From Haliangiales bacterium (lineage in GTDB: Bacteria; Myxococcota_A; Polyangia; Haliangiales; SHYZ01), in contig DATFWE010000262.1 of the NCBI GenBank assembly GCA_035259575.1, forward strand, positions 1 through 27,479: a stretch of DNA of 27,479 nucleotides, in the 5' to 3' direction. The notes under the pieces were generated by a model that did no database searches, had not been told where the DNA came from, and was given only the letters and a program-made list of their open reading frames with translations. The position numbers and the translations under genes are program-made. This document shows, piece after piece, positions 7,437 to 16,006 of the stretch (the stretch's first letter is position 1; the number at the start of each line of letters is the position of its first letter).

Positions 7437-8984
7437 TTACGGCTCGCGCTGGGGTGAACGCTCCCCACCGCCTGGTAACGCGCTCCCCGGCGCGCGCCGC
7501 CAACGGTTCTCGCGCCACGGCGACTTCACGAGCTTCCCATCGATCGCCGACAGCGACGGCTTCGCCCCCAGCGCGGCCGCGGGGCAGGTCGAGGTCGCGC
7601 GGTACGCGAGCGCGGCCGCGAGGCGCCCTTCGCCCGGGTCCCCGAGCGCGTGGGTGAAATCGTCCGCCACCTGGCAGCCGGGCAGGCCCGTCGGCCCCGT
7701 GCCGCCCGGCGTGAACCCGTCGGCGTAGTCCCCGAACCCCTTGTCGTTCACCCCCTGGAACTCGATCGAGAAATACGTCGTCCCGCAATTGTCCTGCGGA
7801 TAGAACCCGTACGGCTTGCCGCACGTCGTCGAGCCGATCTGGATCACGTCCACGTCGATGCCGCGAAGGCTGTTCATCACCGATTCGCTCGCGGAACAGG
7901 TATCGAGGCCGGTCAGCACGAACACCCGCCCCAGGCCGAGCGAGGGCAGCGGCGCCCCGTTCGGCGCGGTGAACCCGAGCGACTTGTCCCAGAACGGCAT
8001 GGGCGCCAGCACTTCGCCGGTGACCGGGTCCCTCGTCGGGTACTTGTCGTTGAACTCGGTCCGCTCGAAGGTCTTGCCGGCCGTCCTCGCCCGACCCGCG
8101 ATCATGAAGGCGAGCTCGCTCGCGATGTCGAGGTAGCCGCCGCCGTTGTAGCGCATGTCGATCACGAGGTCGGTGACCCCGGCGGTCCGGAGCTGGCCGA
8201 TCGCGGCGATGAGCGCCGCCTCGGCGGTCGCGAGGTGATCGTTGAACGTCATGTAGCCGAGCGAGCCCGTCGCCGTCGATAGCACCTTGACGTTCTTGAC
8301 CGGCACGCTCATGACCTTCGCCGACGTCAGCACGACCGTGCGCGCCGTCGCCGCGCCGAGGTCCCGCAGCACGAACGTGTGGCTCTCGTTGAGCGCCGAC
8401 GGATAGAGCCCCTCGTTGAGCGTGCGGACGTCCGAACCGTTCTGTACGTCCACGCCGTCGATGGTCAGCACCTCCGCCCCGCGCGCCACGTTGGCCGCGG
8501 CTGCCGGAGTGCCGGGGTCGACGTCCGCCACTACCAGCTTGCGCGGCGGCCGAGCCGCGAGCAGCGCCCACTGCAGGCCGTAGCCCGCCTGCACGCCCGA
8601 CTGCGACAGCGCCTCCCAGTCCGCCGTCGCGTACGTGAAGTGGAACTGGTCCTTGGGCTTGCCCGACGCCGTGATCGCCGGGGTCTTGAGCGCCTCGAAG
8701 TAGGTGACGGCCGTCGCGTAGTCGCCCGGATTCACCGACGGCACCTCGCGGTACCACAGGTAGAGCTCGTCGGTCCAGGAGCGCAGCCAGCTCTTCTCGT
8801 CGTCGAGCGTGCCCTGCGTGTCGGGGTAGGGCCTGTTCGTCCCGGGGTCGATGCCGGTCCGCGGCGACGCGCACTTCGCGGCGAACATCGACGACGGTGG
8901 AAACGGTGAAGACGGACCCTCGTCGCCCCCGCACGCGGCCGCGGCCAGTGCCAGCCCGCACATTGCTCGTGACGCCATGACCAC
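7437..8984 (-). CDS. S41-family peptidase (C-terminal processing/tail-specific protease-like), lipoprotein
   Basis: Signal peptide with lipobox MASRAMCGLALAAAAC|GG. The S41 signature block is LVIDMRYNGGGYLDIASELA, upstream of a PDZ-like region. The start is a GTG at 8984 or, more likely, the ATG at 8978. Confidence 0.8.
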   Translation of the reverse strand: MVMASRAMCGLALAAAACGGDEGPSSPFPPSSMFAAKCASPRTGIDPGTNRPYPDTQGTLDDEKSWLRSWTDELYLWYREVPSVNPGDYATAVTYFEALKTPAITASGKPKDQFHFTYATADWEALSQSGVQAGYGLQWALLAARPPRKLVVADVDPGTPAAAANVARGAEVLTIDGVDVQNGSDVRTLNEGLYPSALNESHTFVLRDLGAATARTVVLTSAKVMSVPVKNVKVLSTATGSLGYMTFNDHLATAEAALIAAIGQLRTAGVTDLVIDMRYNGGGYLDIASELAFMIAGRARTAGKTFERTEFNDKYPTRDPVTGEVLAPMPFWDKSLGFTAPNGAPLPSLGLGRVFVLTGLDTCSASESVMNSLRGIDVDVIQIGSTTCGKPYGFYPQDNCGTTYFSIEFQGVNDKGFGDYADGFTPGGTGPTGLPGCQVADDFTHALGDPGEGRLAAALAYRATSTCPAAALGAKPSLSAIDGKLVKSPWRENRWRRAPGSALPGGGERSPQREP

Positions 8985-9089
8985 GTTCGCTCGACCATGC
9001 TGGCATCGCCGGCGCGCGCCTGCAAGTGCGCGCGATCACGCCGGCGCGAGGAGCGCACGCGCCGCGTGGGAATCGATCGTCATCCGCCG

Positions 9090-9206
9090 CTAGGGCCGCA
9101 TCGCGATGACGAGGCCGAGCAAGGCGAGCAACACCAGAACGATGGTGAGCGAGGCGTGCTTCTCCCAGAAACGGCGCGGTCCGCGGTCGTGCTTGTCTGC
9201 GTGCAT
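9090..9206 (-). CDS. Small single-pass membrane protein (38 aa), not present in the supplied ORF track
   Basis: The reverse complement reads ...GGAGGAGACCATC ATG CAC GCA GAC AAG..., giving MHADKHDRGPRRFWEKHASLTIVLVLLALLGLVIAMRP*. There is a strong Shine-Dalgarno 6 nt upstream. GC3 is about 87%. It has a charged N-terminus followed by a hydrophobic helix and lies 105 nt upstream of the S41 peptidase gene on the same strand. Confidence 0.4.
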   Translation of the reverse strand: MHADKHDRGPRRFWEKHASLTIVLVLLALLGLVIAMRP

Positions 9207-9278
9207 GATGGTCTCCTCCGTGGCGGCCGCCGCGCGACCGCCGAAAACAGCGTTTCCGTGTGCTGGATGCGTGTCGGC

Positions 9279-9602
9279 TCAGACCGACGGAGGAGGAGCG
9301 CGGGCGTGGAGCGTGCGGGCGGCGGGCTCCCCGGCGAGACCCGCGCACGCCGGCCGCGCCGGCGCCGGCCGCACGCCGCGATCGGCGTCGCCGCGGGCCA
9401 CGCTCGGCGGCAGGATCGCCGCCTGGCGGCCGGGCGCCGAGCGGCGGGCCGCGGCATGGTCGCGAGCGGGCGCGACCACCGCGTCGCCGCGATCGCCGCG
9501 CGCCGATACGCCCGCCCGGCCTGGTCCCGCGCCGAGCGGCTCCCACCCCGTCGCGAGCGACGCGACGAGACAGATGCCGAGGAGCCACGTCCGGACGCGC
9601 AT
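9279..9602 (-). CDS. Possible small secreted protein (107 aa), low-complexity Ala/Arg/Pro-rich after the signal peptide
   Basis: The N-terminus MRVRTWLLGICLVASLATGW is a convincing signal peptide and GC3 is high. The remainder is low complexity, so this may instead be a GC-frame artefact. It lies divergent to the oxygenase gene. Confidence 0.3.
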   Translation of the reverse strand: MRVRTWLLGICLVASLATGWEPLGAGPGRAGVSARGDRGDAVVAPARDHAAARRSAPGRQAAILPPSVARGDADRGVRPAPARPACAGLAGEPAARTLHARAPPPSV

Positions 9603-9675
9603 GGGGGATCGTCACCGTAGCAGCTTCCCGCGCGCCGGCAATCGACTTTGGCGGTCCGTGATAGGGTCTCCAGCG

Positions 9676-10266
9676 GTGCGCAGCAACCCCGCGACGGCGA
9701 TCGTCTGCCTGCCCCTCCTCGACGCGGGGGAGTGCGACGCATGGCTCGCGCATCTCCAGGGGTGCGACTGGCAGGACGCGCGCGTCGCCTCGCCGGCCTA
9801 CGGCTCGTCGGTCGAGCGGGTCATCCGCAGCACGGCGACGACCGAGTGCCGCGACCCCGAGCGCATGGCGCGCATCGTCGACTGGATCGCCGAGCTCAAC
9901 CGCGGGCTGTTCCGCTTCGACCTCGACGGTCCGTCGCCGTCCGACCCGCTGCTGGCGATGCGCTACCGCGAGGGCGACCACTTCGACTGGCACATCGACA
10001 ACTCGATCGAAGCGGTCGCCACGCGCAAGCTGAGCTTCACGCTCCAGCTCACCCCGCCGGACGAATACGACGGCGGCGACCTCGAGTTCGCCATGTACGC
10101 CGCGAGCTACGGCGGCACCGCCCCGTTCGCCGGCTACACCCGCGACGTGCGCCGGCGCGGCGCGATCACCGTGTTTCCCGCGTTCCACCTCCACCGCGTG
10201 AGCCCCGTCACCCGCGGCACACGCCTCGCCTTGGTCGGCTGGCTTCACGGCCCGCGGTTCCGATGA
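9676..10266 (+). CDS. Fe(II)/2-oxoglutarate-dependent oxygenase (PKHD/PiuC-YbiX-like hydroxylase family)
   Basis: HxD...H facial triad: DHFDWHIDNS and FHLHRVSPVTRGTRLALVGW. A GTG start at 9676 is preferred over the in-frame ATG at 9601, because codons 9601-9675 have AT-rich third positions. Confidence 0.7.
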   Translation: MRSNPATAIVCLPLLDAGECDAWLAHLQGCDWQDARVASPAYGSSVERVIRSTATTECRDPERMARIVDWIAELNRGLFRFDLDGPSPSDPLLAMRYREGDHFDWHIDNSIEAVATRKLSFTLQLTPPDEYDGGDLEFAMYAASYGGTAPFAGYTRDVRRRGAITVFPAFHLHRVSPVTRGTRLALVGWLHGPRFR

Positions 10267-11003
10267 TCGTGGACTCGCGCGAACGCTTCAGCGCCACCGC
10301 CGACGCCTATCGGCGCTATCGGCCCGGTTACCCCGCCCCGCTCCTCGACTGGATCGCGGCCACCACCGGCGCGCCGCCCGACGCCCGCGTGGCCGACATC
10401 GGCTGCGGCACCGGCATCTCCAGCCGCTTTCTGGCGACGCGCGGCTTCCGCGTCGTGGGCGTCGAGCCGAACGCGGACATGCTCGCGCACGCCCGCGCGG
10501 CCGGCGGCGGGCCCACCTACGTCCGGGGGGAGGCCGCGCGCACCGGCCTCCCCGACGCCTCGGTCGACCTCGTCACCGCGGCCCAGGCGTTCCACTGGTT
10601 CGAGCTCGAGCCGACGCTCGTCGAGATCCGGCGGATCGCCGTGCCCGGAGCGTGGATGTGCGCATTCTGGAACGTCCGCGTCGCGACCCCGTTCAACGAC
10701 GAGTACGAGCGCATCCTCCACGCTTACTCCAGCGAGTACGCGCCGCTGTCCGACACCCTCGATCCGCGCGACGCGATCCGCGCGGCCGTCGCCGGAACGG
10801 TGTGCACCGAGATGCACAACGACGAGGCGCTGGCGTGGGACGCGGTCCTGGGGCGCGCGCGTTCCGCGTCGTACGTCGCGCACGGCGTGGCCGATCTCGC
10901 CGGTTTCGAACGGGAGCTGCGGGCGGCCTACGAGCGCCACGCGCGGCCCGACGGCACGCTCGTGTGGGCGCTGCGCACCGTGGCGGCGGCGTGGCCGGCG
11001 TGA
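10263..11003 (+). CDS. Class I SAM-dependent methyltransferase
   Basis: Motif I is VADIGCGTGISSRFLATRGFRVVGVEPNADML, with an acidic residue at the end of beta-2 and motif II DLVTAAQAFHWF. The ATG overlaps the oxygenase stop (ATGA). Confidence 0.8.
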   Translation: MIVDSRERFSATADAYRRYRPGYPAPLLDWIAATTGAPPDARVADIGCGTGISSRFLATRGFRVVGVEPNADMLAHARAAGGGPTYVRGEAARTGLPDASVDLVTAAQAFHWFELEPTLVEIRRIAVPGAWMCAFWNVRVATPFNDEYERILHAYSSEYAPLSDTLDPRDAIRAAVAGTVCTEMHNDEALAWDAVLGRARSASYVAHGVADLAGFERELRAAYERHARPDGTLVWALRTVAAAWPA

Positions 11004-12469
11004 TGGCGCCCAGGCGCTACGCCATCGCGCGCCTCGTCGGGCTGGCCGTCCATTTCGTCGAGGTCCTGGCGCTGACGCGCCTGTTCCCCGACGTACGGCT
11101 CGCCCTGGCGCTGGGGATGGCCGGCGTCTGCCGCCTCGTCGGCGCGATCGCGGGGACGCGCCCGGCCCGCGCGACGGGCGCGGTCGCGCTCGCCTCCCTG
11201 GCGGTGTGCCTGGTCGTCGTGCGCCTCTACGGCGGACCGCCCGGCGCGCTCGACGTCTACGCCGTGGTGTGCGCGGCGCGCCTCGCGTTGCAGGTCGGCG
11301 GCCGTCTGGACGAGATCGAGGCCGGCCTGGCGCCCGGCTCGCTCCTCGTGGTCGCGCTCGCCACCGCGGCGGCGTCGCTCCACACCCTCGTCGTCGTCCA
11401 TCTCCTCGCCGGCGCCTTCGCCGTCGCGCTGACGTGGCCGCGCGCGGTCGATCCCGCGTCGGTCGCCGAGGCCGCCGTGGGGCGACTGGCGCCGACGGTC
11501 GGCGCGGTCGCGTGGCTCGTCGGTCAGGGGATGGTCGCGGGCGCGGGCGCCGGCGTCGACGTCGTGGCCGCCGTCGTCTCCCTGCCCGCGTTCCTCGCGG
11601 CCGGCCAGCTCGCCGGCAACCGCCTCCGCCGCGCCGCCGCCGACCGGCACGGCGATCTCTCGGTGACCGCGCTCTACACCAGCGGCGCCTGGAGCTGGGG
11701 GCGCCTCCCGGGCGCCGAGCTCCTCGCCAGCCGCGAGGCGAAGGCCGCGTTCGACGGCACCAACCTCGTCCTGGCGGTGACCAGTCTGTTCGCGTCGGGA
11801 CCGTCGCTGCGCTGCTCGCTCATCCAGCGGCACCTCATGATCGATCGCCTGCTCGCCGACGCCGGCGCCAAGCACGTCCTCGAGCTCGCCGCCGGCCTGT
11901 CGCGGCGGGGCGTGGCGGTCACCGCCGACCCGACCGTGCGCTACACCGAGGTCGACCGCGCCCCGGTGATCGCCCACAAACGCCGCCTGCTCGCGCGCAG
12001 CGACGCCGGCCGCGCGGCGCTCGCCCGGCCCAACCTCCGCCTCGTCGGGGCGGATGTCGTCGACGCCCCGCTGGGCGATCTCGCCGACGCGCCCGACGGC
12101 GCGCCGCTGTTCGTCATCGCCGAGGGTCTGCTCATGTACCTCGACGCGCCGGCGCAGCGCTCGCTGTGGCGCCGCATCCGGGCGCTGTTCGACCGCCGCC
12201 CCGGCGTCCTGGTGTTCGATCTCGTGCCCCTCGCCGAGCACGCCCGCGTGGGCCGCGCCGGCCGGGCGCTCCGCTGGCTGTTCCGGCGCGCCACCCGCGG
12301 CGCCCGCTTCGCGCGGGATGCGCGCACCCGCCACGACATCGCCGCCGAGCTCCGGGACCTCGGCTTCGCCGTCGAGCTCCTCGAGCCGAGCGCGGTGATC
12401 GATCGCTGGCGGCTGCCCCACGGCGACGTCCGCACCCAGCAGCTGTTGTTCGTGTGCCGCGTGGGCTGA
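11003..12469 (+). CDS. Fusion protein: N-terminal polytopic membrane domain (~230 aa, 5-6 predicted TM helices) + C-terminal TcmP / leucine-carboxyl-methyltransferase-family SAM-dependent O-methyltransferase domain
   Basis: Hydrophobic N-terminal segments include LVGLAVHFVEVLALT, LALALGMAGVCRLVGAI, AVALASLAVCLVVV, LLVVALATAAASLHTLVVVHLLAGAFAVAL and VAAVVSLPAFLAAG. C-terminal motifs are VLELAAGLSRRG (motif I), YTEVDRAPV and the LCM/TcmP hallmark FVIAEGLLMYL. The start overlaps the upstream stop (TGATG). Confidence 0.7.
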   Translation: MAPRRYAIARLVGLAVHFVEVLALTRLFPDVRLALALGMAGVCRLVGAIAGTRPARATGAVALASLAVCLVVVRLYGGPPGALDVYAVVCAARLALQVGGRLDEIEAGLAPGSLLVVALATAAASLHTLVVVHLLAGAFAVALTWPRAVDPASVAEAAVGRLAPTVGAVAWLVGQGMVAGAGAGVDVVAAVVSLPAFLAAGQLAGNRLRRAAADRHGDLSVTALYTSGAWSWGRLPGAELLASREAKAAFDGTNLVLAVTSLFASGPSLRCSLIQRHLMIDRLLADAGAKHVLELAAGLSRRGVAVTADPTVRYTEVDRAPVIAHKRRLLARSDAGRAALARPNLRLVGADVVDAPLGDLADAPDGAPLFVIAEGLLMYLDAPAQRSLWRRIRALFDRRPGVLVFDLVPLAEHARVGRAGRALRWLFRRATRGARFARDARTRHDIAAELRDLGFAVELLEPSAVIDRWRLPHGDVRTQQLLFVCRVG

Positions 12470-12486
12470 CGGGGTAAGCTTTCCCC

Positions 12487-13374
12487 GTGCCCGACGCACC
12501 GCGCTGGTTCCGAGACGCGCTCGCCGCGCCGCGGTCCGAGCACACGATCCATGTGGCGGGCGCCGGCATCCACTACGTTCGCTGGGGCGACGGCGGCAAG
12601 CCGGGGCTCGTCCTGGTCCACGGCGGCGCCGCGCACGCCGAGTGGTGGTCGTTCCTGGCGCCGCTGCTCACGCGCCAGTACGACGTCGTGGCGCTGGACC
12701 TGAGCGGCCACGGCGACAGCGACCGCCGCGAGGAGTATCCGCGTCGCGTGTGGGCCGACGAGGTTCTGGCCGTCATCGCCGACGCCCACTTCCCCGGCCC
12801 GCCGGTGCTGATCGGCCACAGCATGGGCGGGCTGGTGAGCATCGTCGCCGCGTCCGTCTACGGCGACGAGCTCGCCGGCGCGATCATCGTCGACGCGCCG
12901 GTGCGCAAGCCCGACCCGGAGAGCGAGGAGGGCAACTACGGGCGGAGCTTCCGCCACCCCAAGGTCTACCCGACGCTCGACGAGGCGGCGGCGCGGTTCC
13001 GCCTGATCCCGCCCCAGCCCGTCGAGGCCGCGTACATCGTCGACCACATCGCGCGCGCCTCCCTGCGCCGCGTCGACGGCGGCTGGACGTGGAAGTTCGA
13101 CCCGCGCGTGTTCATCAAGTTCTCCAAGGAGAAGATGAGCGACTACCTGTCGAGCACGCGCTGCCGGGTGGCGCTCCTGCGCGGCGAGAAGAGCATCGTC
13201 GTGCCCCCCGAGACGGGGACCTACATGTACGAGCTCCTCAGCCGCACCTCGCCCCTGGTCGAGATCCCCGAGGCGCACCACCACCTCATCCTCGATCAGC
13301 CGCTGGCGTTCATCGCGGCGGTGCGGGCGATCCTCGCCGACTGGGAGCACTCGATCCCGCGCGGGCCGGCGTGA
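12487..13374 (+). CDS. Alpha/beta-hydrolase fold protein, paralog 3
   Basis: PGLVLVHGGAAHAEWW, ALDLSGHGDSD and nucleophile elbow IGHSMGG. A GTG start is given, and codon bias supports coding from 12487. An alternative start is the GTG at 12553. Confidence 0.75.
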   Translation: MPDAPRWFRDALAAPRSEHTIHVAGAGIHYVRWGDGGKPGLVLVHGGAAHAEWWSFLAPLLTRQYDVVALDLSGHGDSDRREEYPRRVWADEVLAVIADAHFPGPPVLIGHSMGGLVSIVAASVYGDELAGAIIVDAPVRKPDPESEEGNYGRSFRHPKVYPTLDEAAARFRLIPPQPVEAAYIVDHIARASLRRVDGGWTWKFDPRVFIKFSKEKMSDYLSSTRCRVALLRGEKSIVVPPETGTYMYELLSRTSPLVEIPEAHHHLILDQPLAFIAAVRAILADWEHSIPRGPA

Positions 13375-14143
13375 GCGTGGCGACCAGCGTGCCGCGGTCG
13401 AACACCCACAGGTCCCCGGGGCGGCCCTGGGTCCACGTCTCGTTGTGGGTGAGCGGCGCGGTGGCGACGATCGCGACCCGATCGCGCGCCGTGGTCACCC
13501 GCGAGAAGTCGATGCGGACGTCCTCGTCGGCGAGCTGGGCCACGCCGAACGGCGCCTTGCGGATGATGTACCACAGCTTCGTGGAGCAGCGCGCGTAGAG
13601 GTGGCGGCCGTCGCCGAGGAGGAAGTTGAACGTGCCGTCGGCGCCGAGCTCGGCCCCGATGTCGGCGACCGCTTCCCACAGGTCGCTCGGCCGGCGCGGG
13701 TAGCCGGCGAACCGGCGATCCAGGCGCGCGAGCAGGCAGCAGAACGCGTGCTCGCTGTCGGTCTGCCCGATCGGGCGAAAGCGCCCGAGCCGCCGCCGCC
13801 GGACGCGGCGCAGCGTGCCGTTGTGGGCGAACACCCAGGTGCGACCCCACAGCTCGCGCGCGAACGGATGGGTGTTGGCGAGCGTGGTCTTCCCGCGCGT
13901 CCGGCGCCGCACGTGCCCCACCGCGAGCATCGTCTTGATCGGGTGCTCGCCGAGGAAGCTCGCGAGCGGGCTGCGCGCGGCCGGCGCCGGCTCGAGGAAC
14001 ACGCGCGCCGCGCGCCCCTCGTAAAACGCCAGCCCCCAGCCGTCGCCGTGCGGTCCGGTCTTGCCGCCGCGGAGCCGGAGACCCGTGAACGAGAACACGA
14101 TGTCGGTCGGCACGTTGCATTCCATCCCGAGGAGCTCACACAT
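13310..14143 (-). CDS. Class II (Ntn-type) glutamine amidotransferase, YafJ-like
   Basis: N-terminal Met-Cys nucleophile MCELLGM, with GxxGxxHGDGWG and HxRxAT-like blocks (GHVRRRTRGKTTLANTHPF). The 3' end overlaps the convergent hydrolase by 65 nt. Confidence 0.75.
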   Translation of the reverse strand: MCELLGMECNVPTDIVFSFTGLRLRGGKTGPHGDGWGLAFYEGRAARVFLEPAPAARSPLASFLGEHPIKTMLAVGHVRRRTRGKTTLANTHPFARELWGRTWVFAHNGTLRRVRRRRLGRFRPIGQTDSEHAFCCLLARLDRRFAGYPRRPSDLWEAVADIGAELGADGTFNFLLGDGRHLYARCSTKLWYIIRKAPFGVAQLADEDVRIDFSRVTTARDRVAIVATAPLTHNETWTQGRPGDLWVFDRGTLVATLTPARAGSSAPSRRGSPAPPR

Positions 14144-14174
14144 CGCGGCGACCGACGATTATACTGGCGGCGCG

Positions 14175-15968
14175 ATGCGCGGCACCGTGCTCGATGCATT
14201 GGGGCGCGCCGGCGATGCCGGCGACGGCGGCGTGGCCGCCGAGCTGGGCGTGCGGGGCGATCCGCTCCTGCGCGCGCGCGCCCGCCGCCAGCTCCACCGC
14301 GCGGTGTCGGTGGCGCGCGCCCGCACCGCCCTCACCGACGAGGTCCACGTCGTCCGCGTCGCCTACCTCATCGCCGCCGGCGCGCCGCCCGAGGCGCCCG
14401 ATGACGCCCCCGCGGTCGCCGAGGCCTACGCGCGCGTCCGCCGCGGCGCGCGGCGGCGGCTGCGCCCGTGGTGGCTGACCGGCGCGCTGGTCCTCGTCGC
14501 CGTCGGCGCCTTCGGCTACGCCCGGGGGTGGTGGCCGTCGCGCGGCGCGTACCGCCCCGCCGCCGCGCCCATCCGCGCCGCCGAGGCCGGGTCCACCGCG
14601 GCGGCGGCGTTCTGGCCGATGGCGGCGGCGCTCACCGAGTACGTGTCCGTCCTCGACGCGTGGGCGCGGGCCCGCCGCGCGGGCGACTCCGCCGGGACCG
14701 CGCGCGCCGACGAGCTCCTTGGGATGGCCCGCGCCGCCGTCATGCGCACCGCCGCCGGGCTGGGCGGCGCCACGCGCCGCTTCGACGAGCTTCTGACCGC
14801 GGCGCGCGAGGCGGCGGCCGCCGCGCCGTGGGCGCTGGAGGATGCCGCCGCCAAGCTCTACGCCGCCGTGGCCGCCGCCGACGACGAGGCGCCCGCCTAC
14901 GGCGTCTACTTCGACGCCGACGTCGTCATGGGGCAGAAGGGGCAGGAGGTCCTCGTCTGGATCTACGCCGTCGATCGCGTCGCGCGCTACGCCGCCGGGG
15001 CGACCGAGATCCGGGCCATCCAAGTGCGCCGGCTCGACAACCTCAACATGGTGCCCGACCTGGCCGGGCTCACCCGCCCCCACCTGCGCGAGGCGATCGT
15101 GCTGCTCGAGGTGCTCGAGCAGCTCATGGCGACCCTGTTCCTGCCCGCGCTCGCCGACGGCGCCTCCCTGCGCGTGGTGGATCCGCCGTCAGGCGCGAGC
15201 TTCGCCGAGCTCGCCGCGGTGGAGGCGCGCGCCGGCGAGATCGTGCGCGCCGAGCTGGGCGCCGCCCTCGGCGCGGACCGCGCCGCCGCCGCCAAGCTAG
15301 GCGAGTCGCTGACGCGGCGACGCGAGCTGTTCGCGCGCCTCGGCCGGGCGCTCGCCCCGCGCGGAATCTCGCTCGCGACGCCGCGCGGCCTGCGCCTGCC
15401 GGAGCAGGCGCGCTCCGAGCTCGACGCGATCCTGCCCCCGATCGAGCTCATGGAGATCGACGCCCTCGAGGCGGAGATCGGCGGCGAGCCCGCATCCAAG
15501 GCGTTCGCCGCGGCGATGGGAGCCATGGTCGACACCGTCGAACGGCACGAGGTGCAGCACCGGCTCGATCACGAGGCGGGCGGCCTGCCGCCGGTGGCGG
15601 CGCTGACCGCGCTCGGGGCCGACGACCGGGCGCGCGCCGAGCTCAGCGCCTACCTCGCCGAGATCCATCGCGACCCGCGCACGCCGCGGATCGGCCTCAC
15701 CCTCCTCATGAGGTTCGTGTTCGATTCCCGCCGTTGGGGCACGTCGGAATCGCTCGCGGGGATCGTCCTCCTCGAAGGGCTGGGCCGCGAGCTCGCCATC
15801 GGCGCGACCCCCATCGCCAAGAAAGGCGAGATCGACCGCGCCGCCGCCGCCAGGCTCTACCTCGCGGTGACCGACGCCCAGCCGGACCGGCTGCGCGACG
15901 CGGCGGGCCGGCTGTGGGCCAAGCTGTTCGGCTCGCCCCTGCCTCCGCTCGTGCGGGCGCAGCCCTGA
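14175..15968 (+). CDS. Ala-rich hypothetical membrane-anchored protein with an HExxH motif
   Basis: Tail of track ORF 14061..15968. The ATG at 14175 is the first start after the convergent GATase gene. There is a single predicted [20 protein letters not shown], and the motif [10 protein letters not shown] near the C-terminal domain. No other family signature was recognised. Confidence 0.5.
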   Translation: MRGTVLDALGRAGDAGDGGVAAELGVRGDPLLRARARRQLHRAVSVARARTALTDEVHVVRVAYLIAAGAPPEAPDDAPAVAEAYARVRRGARRRLRPWWLTGALVLVAVGAFGYARGWWPSRGAYRPAAAPIRAAEAGSTAAAAFWPMAAALTEYVSVLDAWARARRAGDSAGTARADELLGMARAAVMRTAAGLGGATRRFDELLTAAREAAAAAPWALEDAAAKLYAAVAAADDEAPAYGVYFDADVVMGQKGQEVLVWIYAVDRVARYAAGATEIRAIQVRRLDNLNMVPDLAGLTRPHLREAIVLLEVLEQLMATLFLPALADGASLRVVDPPSGASFAELAAVEARAGEIVRAELGAALGADRAAAAKLGESLTRRRELFARLGRALAPRGISLATPRGLRLPEQARSELDAILPPIELMEIDALEAEIGGEPASKAFAAAMGAMVDTVERHEVQHRLDHEAGGLPPVAALTALGADDRARAELSAYLAEIHRDPRTPRIGLTLLMRFVFDSRRWGTSESLAGIVLLEGLGRELAIGATPIAKKGEIDRAAAARLYLAVTDAQPDRLRDAAGRLWAKLFGSPLPPLVRAQP

Positions 15969-16006
15969 GGCTGGCTCAGATTTCCGCGCGGGCCTACACT
16001 GACATC

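Noticed and set aside
9011-9040. GGCGCGCGCC / GCGCGCG palindromic stretch upstream of the S41 peptidase gene
   Set aside because: These are self-complementary CG-repeat runs that are common in ~72% GC DNA. They show no spacing or half-site structure suggesting a specific operator.
9601-9675. In-frame ATG at 9601 as the oxygenase start
   Set aside because: Codons 9601-9675 have many A/T third positions (gat, cgt, aat, cga, ctt, ata, tct, cca), unlike the surrounding genes. That start would also overlap the divergent minus-strand ORF by 2 nt and leave no promoter.
7054-10248. 1064-aa minus-strand ORF
   Set aside because: It is a composite open frame running antisense through several real genes and intergenic regions. 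Only the terminal 107 codons (7054-7377), which have a signal peptide and a proper ATG, behave like a gene.
12471-12486. GGGGTAAGCTTTCCCC palindrome immediately upstream of the hydrolase paralog 3 start
   Set aside because: It is a near-perfect 16-bp palindrome centred on AAGCTT. It lies in an 17-nt intergenic gap where it would occlude the RBS. It may be a minor regulatory hairpin, but there is no supporting context.
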